This document shows positions 18,575-26,898 of a stretch of DNA of 58,765 nucleotides, piece after piece. The stretch is from a virus (Duplodnaviria > Caudoviricetes). Location of the stretch: the IMG/VR virus record IMGVR_UViG_3300031754_000005, positions 1 to 58,765 of that record; one strand, given 5' to 3'. The notes beneath the pieces are model-generated. The model was not told the DNA's origin and searched no databases. It saw only the letters and a list, made by a program, of their open reading frames with translations. Numbering within the stretch: the stretch's first letter is position 1; the number at the start of each line of letters is the position of its first letter. The position numbers and the translations under genes are program-made.

Positions 18575-18769
18575 ATGACGCGCAGCTACACGATCGGCCC
18601 GGATTTCAGCACGATCACCTGCCGCTGGTGCGGGCTCACCAGCCACAATCTGCGCGATGTTGCCGAGCGCTATTGCGGGCGCTGCAACACTTTCCACGAC
18701 GATCTGCCGCCTCAAAACACCGCGCCGCCATCGCCCCCGAACGCAAACCCCTCCCAGCCGAGGGAATAA
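18575..18769 (+). CDS. Mini zinc-finger protein, antisense to the late operon
   Basis: ITCRWCGLTSHN ... YCGRCNTFH. Confidence 0.7.
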   Translation: MTRSYTIGPDFSTITCRWCGLTSHNLRDVAERYCGRCNTFHDDLPPQNTAPPSPPNANPSQPRE

Positions 18770-19596
18770 TATCCGGGCAGCCCGACCCCGCTGCGACCAA
18801 AGCCGCCCCAGCCCCCGCCGCCGCTGCGAGCGCGCAGCCAGTCGGGCGTGTGATCGATCGTCTGCGGAAACCCGCTGTCGTTGGCGTTGGCGACCCGCGC
18901 CTCGCTGATCGCGGATTTCGCGATGGCGATCTGCTGGTTGCGCACCGTGATGGCGAGCTTTTTGTCGAGGATCAGCGGCATCGCGAGGCGCGCGCCGCAG
19001 ACCGCGGCCATCGCCTCCTCGAAAAGCGCGTCCCATTCCTCGGGCGCCAGCACGAGCCGGGTGTAGACAAGGCTCGCGGTCGGGACATCGGTCAATATGA
19101 CCCGCCGGCCGATCGGCCCCTGGCCTTCCGGCAGGTCAGGCAGGTTGTCCCAATCGGCCTGTCCGGCGATGGCCGGGAAGTCGTTGGACGAGGACACCAG
19201 AAACCGCCCCGGGATCAAGCTCGAACCGAGCGGGGTCGCCGCCAGCCCGGTCATGATCGGCACTGCGGTCGGCTGCGCCTGCTGCGCCCACGGCAGCCAG
19301 CGCGCCTTGACGCCATCCGAGGGCCACGCATAGGCATAGGTCCACGGTGGCTCGACCGTCCTTGCATAGGGCTGGCCGTTGGGCGCCAGCGTCTGCCCGG
19401 TGGCATCGCCCAGCAACAGGAGCGGCGCCTGTCTTCGGGCAAATCCCCAGTGTGCGGTGCGCAATAGTTGCCGGAGGGTCGGGCCGTAGATCCGCCGCGC
19501 CGCTTCACTAGCCGGGGTGCCGTCGGCGAAGCTGGCGATCAGCGTGCCGGCGCCGATCGCGTCGAGGCTGCGATTGATGATGTCTTCGGCCTGCAT
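18712..19596 (-). CDS. Tail tubular protein A / adaptor ring paralogue 4
   Basis: DIINRSL-IG, LLR-x-x-W-FARR, W-YAY-x-P-D, WDALF motifs. Confidence 0.85.
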   Translation of the reverse strand: MQAEDIINRSLDAIGAGTLIASFADGTPASEAARRIYGPTLRQLLRTAHWGFARRQAPLLLLGDATGQTLAPNGQPYARTVEPPWTYAYAWPSDGVKARWLPWAQQAQPTAVPIMTGLAATPLGSSLIPGRFLVSSSNDFPAIAGQADWDNLPDLPEGQGPIGRRVILTDVPTASLVYTRLVLAPEEWDALFEEAMAAVCGARLAMPLILDKKLAITVRNQQIAIAKSAISEARVANANDSGFPQTIDHTPDWLRARSGGGGWGGFGRSGVGLPGYYSLGWEGFAFGGDGGAVF

Positions 19597-19597
19597 C

Positions 19598-20233
19598 TCA
19601 GCCTCGGTTCGCTTCGGCGGCGCCGGTTAATGCGGCCTCTTCCGCCCGTTCGATCTTCTCGACCGCCTCGCCCTCCCTGAGCGCACGCACCAGTTTTTCA
19701 CCGAGGCGCTTCACCACGAGCGAGACAAACGAGGCATCCCACAGGTTCGGGTCGGTGACCCGGCCGGTGTAGACCGCCAGCGCGCCCTTGAGGTTGGAGA
19801 GGATGACTTTCTGCTGCGCCGTCGCCGCGCCGTTGCGATCAATCAGCGAATTGTCGTTGTCGACGCGGAAGACCGCGGGCTTGGGATCGAGGTCGAACAT
19901 CGCCCCGGGCGGCGGGACGATCGCCTTCAGTTCGAGGCAATCGGCCGGGTAGCCGTACTGGTAGAGAAACCCCGGAGGGGGATATTGCGCCGACCACGGC
20001 TGTCCAGGGTTGTACCCGCCAGGCGGCGGCGGCCCCTTCAGGAGGGCGAGCGGGATATTGGCCCGCCGCGCCAGCGGAAAACCGCCGGCACGCAAGAGTT
20101 CGTCGCGCACCTGGCGGTAGACTTCCAGCGCCGCATCGGCCGCGCGCGTCCCCTCTTCGAGCGAGGCGATGCGCTCGGAATAGCCGATCTCGACAAGAGC
20201 CTGATTCACCAAATCTTCGGGCGCGACGGTCAT
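19598..20233 (-). CDS. Tail tubular protein A / adaptor ring paralogue 3
   Basis: DLVNQAL-IG, YQYGYPADC, VILSN, VTDPNLWDASF. Confidence 0.85.
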   Translation of the reverse strand: MTVAPEDLVNQALVEIGYSERIASLEEGTRAADAALEVYRQVRDELLRAGGFPLARRANIPLALLKGPPPPGGYNPGQPWSAQYPPPGFLYQYGYPADCLELKAIVPPPGAMFDLDPKPAVFRVDNDNSLIDRNGAATAQQKVILSNLKGALAVYTGRVTDPNLWDASFVSLVVKRLGEKLVRALREGEAVEKIERAEEAALTGAAEANRG

Positions 20234-20234
20234 C

Positions 20235-20870
20235 TTACTGCCGCTGCGCCGCGGCTGCCGCGCGTGCCATCAATTCCGGCATCATCGGCCCGGTCATATC
20301 GCCGACATCGGCTGCTTCGCCGATCATCTGCTCGGCCATTCCGGCACGGGTGCGCGCGAGGTTGATGTCGTCGCGCAGGGCAAACGAGAAGAGCTTTGCC
20401 AGGAGCGCGACAAAGGCCTGGGTAAAAGCCGCGTTCCACGTCAGGGGGTCGGTGATCTGCGCATAGTAGCCGCAGACTGCGGCGGCCTGGTTGGTCGCGA
20501 TGACCTTGGCCGGGGTGCCGAGCGTCGAGTCGTTATAGGTCTTGAACCGCACCGGCTGCGGGTCGTTGTTCGGGTTCGGGATCGTGCCGTGGACATAGGC
20601 GATGCGCAGCGCGTCGGCCGGGTAGTTGTATTCCTGGCTGAACCCGAGAATTTTCGCGCCGCCGGCGGTCGGGGTCAGCGCCACCTCGCGAAACGAAAAA
20701 TCCCAGTCCTGCGATTGCAGGAGACCGTCGCGCGCCGGGCCGTAGACCTCGACCGCGACGCGCGAGGCGCGCGAGCCTTCGTAAATTTCAGCAATTGCGC
20801 GCGGGTAACCGCAGGCGCGCAATGCCGCATTGATGCAATCCTCGGGACTGGCATAACCGACCGCCATCAC
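20235..20870 (-). CDS. Tail tubular protein A / adaptor ring paralogue 2
   Basis: DCINAAL-x-CG, WDFSFR, EYNYPADALR, VIATN, ITDPLTWNAAF. Confidence 0.85.
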   Translation of the reverse strand: MMAVGYASPEDCINAALRACGYPRAIAEIYEGSRASRVAVEVYGPARDGLLQSQDWDFSFREVALTPTAGGAKILGFSQEYNYPADALRIAYVHGTIPNPNNDPQPVRFKTYNDSTLGTPAKVIATNQAAAVCGYYAQITDPLTWNAAFTQAFVALLAKLFSFALRDDINLARTRAGMAEQMIGEAADVGDMTGPMMPELMARAAAAAQRQ

Positions 20871-20890
20871 GTTACCTCAAATCGGTAAAA

Positions 20891-21448
20891 TCAGTTTTCG
20901 TCGACCAGTTCGGCGGTGTTGGCGTATTGCTCGGCCTCCGCCAGGAGCTCGCGGGCGAAGTCGGGCCGCCCAGCCAAGGCCATCGCGAGCGGATTGCTGA
21001 TCAGCCGCGCGACCGCCTCGATAAAGGCCGAGTCCCATTGGTTTTCGTTCGGCGTCGAGCTGGTGTAGACCGCGCTCGCATTTGCCTGGTTACTGACGAT
21101 GACCTTGGCCGCGAGCCCGTTGTCAAAGGCGAGCGCGCCGCGCACCGGCTGCGGATCGTTGACGTTGTAGCTGCCGGCCTGCGGGCGCAGCTGGCGCAGC
21201 CGCAGACAATCGGCCGGGTAGGTATATTCATGCGTCCACGGCGGGGGGATCGTGCCGCCCGCCGCGCTCAGCACATCGGTGCGCCGGGCAAAGGCCGGGT
21301 CGAGCCGGCGCAGCAGCAGGTTGACCGCCGGCGCGTAGATGACCTGGGCGGCGTTGCCGGCGACCGAGCCGTCGTTCAGTGCGGTGATCTGGACCTGGAC
21401 GCCCAGGAGCTCCAATGCTCTGTTTACGACGTCGGTCGAGGTTGGCAT
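20891..21448 (-). CDS. Tail tubular protein A / adaptor ring paralogue 1
   Basis: DVVNRAL-LLG, FARR, WTHEYTYPADCLR, VIVSN, WDSAF. Confidence 0.85.
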   Translation of the reverse strand: MPTSTDVVNRALELLGVQVQITALNDGSVAGNAAQVIYAPAVNLLLRRLDPAFARRTDVLSAAGGTIPPPWTHEYTYPADCLRLRQLRPQAGSYNVNDPQPVRGALAFDNGLAAKVIVSNQANASAVYTSSTPNENQWDSAFIEAVARLISNPLAMALAGRPDFARELLAEAEQYANTAELVDEN

Positions 21449-21458
21449 GGGAGGGGCC

Positions 21459-23363
21459 TCAGCAGTGGGTCACAATCCCATTCGTCACAGCATAGGAGCC
21501 GCCTGGCGCTCCTGCACACGTCACCCCCGCGATCCCGTTGGCGTAGTAAATTCCGGCTGCGTTGATCGTGCCGAGGCCCTTGTCGCCACCGGGCGGTGCG
21601 CCAAGCTGCAGCCCGGGGCCAAGAGCGGCAAGGGTCGTCGCGGCCGAGGCGCCGGTCTTTTGCAGCCAGCTAAAGCTCGGGGCGGCCAGGGTATCCGCAT
21701 TCCAGAAATTGACCGCGTGGTCGCCCGCAAAATGCTGCGTGATGGCGCTATGGAGCGTGCCCGAGGCGGGATAGATGCCAAAGTAGTTGCTTACTTCGAC
21801 AATGCCGTCTCCGCCGATACCGGCGCCGACCAGCAGAGCGTTGCTGAGCGTCGTCAGGCCGCTGGTGCTGAAGGACGCGATATTGGAGGCACCGCTGCCC
21901 AGTGTCTGAATCTGCAATGCGTTATCGATTGCAACCAATCTTGTACCATGGGCTTGATCGGTCACATCGCTGCGAATAGCAAACCCGGGAATATCGGAGC
22001 CGTCGTAAGTCCAACCGATTTCATATTGCCGCGGTATGTCGAGCACCATCGGTTCGGCCTGCGCGGTAAGAGAACCGGCGCCAAACACAATGCCGCGATT
22101 GGCGGTAGACCCGGTGCCGAAAGTCACATCGAACTTGGCGCCGGTGCCAGCACCACTCGACGACAACTGCGCAACCGGGCTGGAGGGATTGACGGTATAG
22201 GTCCCGGCGGTAGAGATCACCGCGCTGGTAACTATGCCGTTTGCGCCAACCGAAGTTACCCTCAGCACCCCGGCAACCGATGAAACGCCGCCCGCCAGAG
22301 TGATCGTGTCGTTCACCGCATAGCCGGTGCCGGCAGCGTTGACATCGCTGACGGATTGGAGTCCGGCGCCCTGCCCCTGATTGGTGATCCCGATAAAAGT
22401 CGTCAGCGAGTTCGGCGAGGAACCGCCGGCGCTCGTAACCAATTCGCCGCCCGCCCCAAGCCACAAGGCTGCGGTTGTTCCTGCATCGCCCAAATTATAA
22501 GGGCTGACGGTTATCGCATTGCCAAAGTTGGCGACCTCGATTTCAACACCGAGGACAGCGCCGGCCGAGGGATAGCGGGCGGCGGCATGATAGGCGCCTT
22601 CCGCCCCTAAACTGCTGTTGGCAATCCCGATCGTTGCAATGGGGAGACACGCAGCCTGGCTGAAACTTCCCCTCGCATCGCTTGAACGGCAGGCAAAGGC
22701 GCCGCCGATGCCGCCGATCGTGCTGTAGGATTCAAACTGGCTGTAGTCGTCGTAATAGAGGTATCCGCCGTTGGCGAATTTACCCAGCCAGGTCAGATCG
22801 TTCGGCAAATTGGTTGCGCTTTGTGCGCCGCCGACCAGGAGGCGGTCCCGTATGCTCCAGACATTTGCCGGTGGGATATTGGTCCAAAAACCGGCCGGTA
22901 CAGCGGGTGCATTTCTTGCAATGCTGTTCGACAGCAGCGTATTGGTGCACGCCGAGAGTGTGCCGTTGATCAGAAAATTGCAGGTCGGTGCCGCCCCGCC
23001 GCCGATGCTGTCGAGCGTGATGAGGCCGTTGCCGTTGCCGTCAAAGCCGAATTTGAATTCGCTGAAGGGGCCCGTCGCATACCCGCTGTAGAGCGCCAGC
23101 GACTGCCCGCTGTTAACCAGCGGCATCCCGGTCGGCAGCGTCCCGGGCTGATTGTTGTTGGCTGGCGCGCCGCCGGCCAGCGTCGGCCCGCCGGCATCCA
23201 GCACGCAGTTGCTGCCGGCATACATCAGGAGATGACCCGCCGTCAGCGCGCCGCAGTCGCGCAACGCGCCCTGCGCCCTTGCCGGGGCAAGCGGGAGCAG
23301 CATTGCGGGCGTTACCAGGACAAGAAAAAAGGCCGCCACGAGGGCGGCCCGAAAGCGGCGCAT
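21459..23363 (-). CDS. Fibre/receptor-binding-like protein with signal peptide
   Basis: MRRFRAALVAAFFLVLV...PARA-Q; Gly/Ser/Thr-rich; GGDKGLGTINA motif; 8 Cys in 4 close pairs. Confidence 0.75.
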   Translation of the reverse strand: MRRFRAALVAAFFLVLVTPAMLLPLAPARAQGALRDCGALTAGHLLMYAGSNCVLDAGGPTLAGGAPANNNQPGTLPTGMPLVNSGQSLALYSGYATGPFSEFKFGFDGNGNGLITLDSIGGGAAPTCNFLINGTLSACTNTLLSNSIARNAPAVPAGFWTNIPPANVWSIRDRLLVGGAQSATNLPNDLTWLGKFANGGYLYYDDYSQFESYSTIGGIGGAFACRSSDARGSFSQAACLPIATIGIANSSLGAEGAYHAAARYPSAGAVLGVEIEVANFGNAITVSPYNLGDAGTTAALWLGAGGELVTSAGGSSPNSLTTFIGITNQGQGAGLQSVSDVNAAGTGYAVNDTITLAGGVSSVAGVLRVTSVGANGIVTSAVISTAGTYTVNPSSPVAQLSSSGAGTGAKFDVTFGTGSTANRGIVFGAGSLTAQAEPMVLDIPRQYEIGWTYDGSDIPGFAIRSDVTDQAHGTRLVAIDNALQIQTLGSGASNIASFSTSGLTTLSNALLVGAGIGGDGIVEVSNYFGIYPASGTLHSAITQHFAGDHAVNFWNADTLAAPSFSWLQKTGASAATTLAALGPGLQLGAPPGGDKGLGTINAAGIYYANGIAGVTCAGAPGGSYAVTNGIVTHC

Positions 23364-23530
23364 CAGCGCCTCCGGTTTATTGCGTGATTGCGGGTGAGGG
23401 GAGTGTGGGGCGGCCGATCGACAAAGCGCCGATCAAGCCACGGCGATCAGCAGGAGCAGCAGGAAGAGGCCGGCATCGGCGAGCGAGACGACGATAAACA
23501 TCGCCCGCCTCCGGTGTTGCTCCGGCGCGA

Positions 23531-23911
23531 TTATTTCGGCGCCGGCTCGGCTGCCGGCGGCTCCGGCGTCGGCGACACCGCGGCCGGTGCCGGCGTGGGG
23601 AGCCCGCAGGCCACTCGATCGCCACACCAGGCGGCAAAGCTCGCCTGCCACTCAGCCTCGCGCCTGGCGCGGGCCGCTCGCGCGTCCTGGTCAAAGGCGC
23701 GCAATTCGCTTTCGCGCAACGCGATCAGCGCTGCCTGCGCGGCGATTGTCTTGGCCGATACCTCGGGATGCGGGTCGCTCGGCACCTGCGGCACCTGCGC
23801 CGCGGGCGGCACCGCCTGGCTCCAGGCCGCCGGACCCAAGGTAACCAGGCCGAAAAGCAGCGCGGCGCTGAGCACAGCGAAGATCACGCCCTCTGAAATA
23901 ATCCTGCGCAT
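23531..23911 (-). CDS. Exported or membrane-anchored coiled-coil protein
   Basis: Hydrophobic N-terminus ending AAWS-Q, coiled coil, WCGDRVAC. Confidence 0.65.
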   Translation of the reverse strand: MRRIISEGVIFAVLSAALLFGLVTLGPAAWSQAVPPAAQVPQVPSDPHPEVSAKTIAAQAALIALRESELRAFDQDARAARARREAEWQASFAAWCGDRVACGLPTPAPAAVSPTPEPPAAEPAPK

Positions 23912-24006
23912 CGGTCTTTCCTCTCGCTGTTGCGCCATGGAATGGATCGTCAGTGCTGTAGCCGAACGCCATCCAGAAGAGGCGGCGCCGGCGAGTATTG
24001 CCGCCG

Positions 24007-26898
24007 CTAAAACGCCGACCCGAAGGCAAAGCGCGGATAGGTGTTCCAATCTGGCGTCCCTACCGAGTTCATCCGCGTGTTGGCATCGGTGATCAGTGCG
24101 TCGACCGCTGTCCCGTCGAGCGCGGTGATGCCCTGCGCCTTGAGGCGGTTCCACAGGGCGCGCCCGTTGGCGATGTAGGCGTTTGCGTTGTTGGCGCTGA
24201 CGACGCCCGTCGAGGTCACGCTGGTCGGTTGCGGCAGCACGTAGGCCGGCTGGAAGGCGGTGTTGAACGTGCCGCTGGTGTGGCAGCCGCTCGGCGTCGC
24301 CCCACTCGGTGGCGGCAGCGCAGCACCACCGACGGTCGCCGACAGGTCGAACGTGTAATTGCTGCCCCCGGTGTTGACCGTGTTCTTCAGGTAATACGGC
24401 GTGTCCGCCAGGTAGCCGCAGATCACGCCCTGGAAATTACCGTAGAGGAACTTGTCGCCATCGGTCGGCGTCCACCCGGTCGAGCTGGCGTTGGAGAGGC
24501 TGATCATCGGTGAGGATGCCGCCCAGGTAACCGGGCCGGGCACGGACGGCCCCCACTGCGCGTCGGACGAGATCATCGCATTGGCGTTCGACGCGCCCGT
24601 ATCGCTGCCGTTGACGTTGTGCTCGGTGTAGCCGTTGAGCGCCCAGCCGGAGAAGGTGGTCTGGTAATAGAGCCCCTTGGTCGCGAAGTTCTTCGCCCAG
24701 GTCTTGCAGTCGGCGTTGTTGTAAAGGTCCGCCGCCCAGGCGGCGATATGAGCGTTGTAGAAGAACTGCCAGCTTTCGCCCAGCAGCACGTCCTTGATGC
24801 TGTTGTCGCTGTTGAATTCCCCCATCGTCCAGTAGCCTTTGGCGATGGCGTAGGTGCCGAGGTTCGGCAGCGCCTGGTTGACCGGCCAACTGCAATTGGC
24901 CGCCGTCAGATCGTCGTACAGCTTGCCGATGTGCGACCCGTCGAAATAGGGATCTGGCGCCACCCGGCCGGCCAGCATCTCGCGGCGGAACGACCAGGCG
25001 GCATCGCGGTTCTCGGCGTCGCGCGCGGTAGCGATGCCGTAGGCGGCGACCGGATAGAGCGGGTTGCGGTGATTGGTCCCGCCGCCGACGTGCATCTGTC
25101 CGCCGAGTGCCGCCTCGATCCCGAGGTCGAGCACGAAGGCTTCGCCCGTCAGGAGATAGGCGTAGATAAAATTCTCGGAGCAGTGCGAGCAGTCGGCGTC
25201 GTCGAAGACGTACTGATAGGTGCTGGAGGGCGGCGGGGTCCACGAACCGTTTGGCCCCGGCCCAAAGCCGCTCCAGCGAAACTGTTGCTGGGCCGAGGAC
25301 GGCGCGGGCACCGGGTCGGTGCCGCCGGAATAGGTCGTGTTGGTCAGATTGGGATACTGCCGGGTCGCGTGGTCCCGGAAATTCATCCCGTCATGCACCT
25401 GCGACAGCGCGACCTGCCGCACCATCACGTCGTCAATCTGGTCCTGAATGTAGAAGTGACGCATCGCACCCGGCCAGAGCGGGCCGACATCGGCGTCGCC
25501 CGTGGTGTGGCGATCCGACGGCTGCGGGCCGATCGATGCCGAGTTCCACGCATAGGGCGCGCCGCCGTTGCAGGAACTGGCCTGCGCCACACACTCGTTG
25601 CTCGTCACGGTGCCGATCTGCGCAAGGTCGATCGGCCCCAGGACGTGCGACTTCTCCCAATAGGTCTGGTTGAACTTCGGCCTCAGGCGCGGGTCGGCGG
25701 CAATGCTGCCGGCGCCCTGGAAGAAGCGGCTGCGCACCGTCGTCGGGTCGGCGTCGACGATCGAGCCGAAATGCACGACGGCAAAAGCCGGGTTGAAGGT
25801 GTGCGTCCCGGTCCCGGCATCGCTCGGCGTCACCACGCCGCCGCCGATGCCATTGGTTCCGAAGGTCGCATTATGACTGGTGCTGCTGGAGACCGAGGCG
25901 AAGTAAAGCGTGTTTGCATCGAGCCCGGTCGGCAACGTGCCGGTGGTCGTCACGTAACCGGCGAGAATCTGATTGCCGGCCCCCACCTCGACGCCGAAAT
26001 AAAACGGATTGGTCGCGCCGGCCAGGACGAAGTTCGGTGATCCGCCCGTTGCGGTGAAAGTCGTCGCGGTCGGCAGCGTTGCGAAGTTTACCGTCGCCGT
26101 GCCGCTGCCGCCGGGGCCGACCGTCGTGTAGGAGATGGCGGAAAAGGCCCGGACGTTCTTGGCCGGCGTGTCGTAGTTGTACCACGGCTGGGTGATCCGG
26201 CCCCACTTCAGGAAGCCACCAAGAGCGCCCCCGGAGGCGGTCAATGCCGTGACGTACTCGTAATCCTCGAGCTGGCCGTGGGCCGTGCCGTCCTTGGTCG
26301 GCGACAGGTGGACGAGGTAGCGATCCTCGCGTCCGCACCCGCCGTCGAGCGTGTTGAACTGTTCGGCGTTGTTCGACCCCGATATTGTCGGGTCGTCGAG
26401 CCAGGCCCCCTCGTTGACGATGTTGGCGCCGGTGATCGGCGCGGCCGTCGCGTTGACGACGTAGTTCTGCGAATAGACCTCGGATCGTGCACGCGAGCCC
26501 GCCGCGGGCCACGAGCCGCCGGCCTGGATGTGAATTGTCGCGGAGGCGTTGTTGGCGGTGCTGGGAACCTTGCAAACCAGAAACATCGCCGTCATCAGGC
26601 TGCCGTCCTGCCCGGTCTCGTCCCAAGCGCGCTTTGCGCCCCAGGAATATGGCAGCACGTTGCCGCTGTCGTCCTTGAACACCGGCGCCTGACCGGACGG
26701 GATGTCGCCCTGCTTGAACGGGTGGGCGAAACGAACAAAGCCGTTGCCGATCGTGCTGCCGCTCTCGTTGACGACGGTCATCGTCGTCAGGTCACTGGGT
26801 GGGGTGCCATTGCTCCCACCACCACGAAGCAAGAAGGCATTGCCCGACCAGGGGGCAACAACAGCAGCAATAAAGACCAGTGCAGCGAGGGTGCGCAT
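24007..26898 (-). CDS. Large signal-peptide protein, possible polysaccharide depolymerase / spike
   Basis: MRTLAALVFIAAVVA; FAHPFKQGDIP ... W ... DGSL N-terminal pattern recalling rhamnogalacturonan-lyase-like proteins; aromatic-rich helical core. Confidence 0.65.
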   Translation of the reverse strand: MRTLAALVFIAAVVAPWSGNAFLLRGGGSNGTPPSDLTTMTVVNESGSTIGNGFVRFAHPFKQGDIPSGQAPVFKDDSGNVLPYSWGAKRAWDETGQDGSLMTAMFLVCKVPSTANNASATIHIQAGGSWPAAGSRARSEVYSQNYVVNATAAPITGANIVNEGAWLDDPTISGSNNAEQFNTLDGGCGREDRYLVHLSPTKDGTAHGQLEDYEYVTALTASGGALGGFLKWGRITQPWYNYDTPAKNVRAFSAISYTTVGPGGSGTATVNFATLPTATTFTATGGSPNFVLAGATNPFYFGVEVGAGNQILAGYVTTTGTLPTGLDANTLYFASVSSSTSHNATFGTNGIGGGVVTPSDAGTGTHTFNPAFAVVHFGSIVDADPTTVRSRFFQGAGSIAADPRLRPKFNQTYWEKSHVLGPIDLAQIGTVTSNECVAQASSCNGGAPYAWNSASIGPQPSDRHTTGDADVGPLWPGAMRHFYIQDQIDDVMVRQVALSQVHDGMNFRDHATRQYPNLTNTTYSGGTDPVPAPSSAQQQFRWSGFGPGPNGSWTPPPSSTYQYVFDDADCSHCSENFIYAYLLTGEAFVLDLGIEAALGGQMHVGGGTNHRNPLYPVAAYGIATARDAENRDAAWSFRREMLAGRVAPDPYFDGSHIGKLYDDLTAANCSWPVNQALPNLGTYAIAKGYWTMGEFNSDNSIKDVLLGESWQFFYNAHIAAWAADLYNNADCKTWAKNFATKGLYYQTTFSGWALNGYTEHNVNGSDTGASNANAMISSDAQWGPSVPGPVTWAASSPMISLSNASSTGWTPTDGDKFLYGNFQGVICGYLADTPYYLKNTVNTGGSNYTFDLSATVGGAALPPPSGATPSGCHTSGTFNTAFQPAYVLPQPTSVTSTGVVSANNANAYIANGRALWNRLKAQGITALDGTAVDALITDANTRMNSVGTPDWNTYPRFAFGSAF

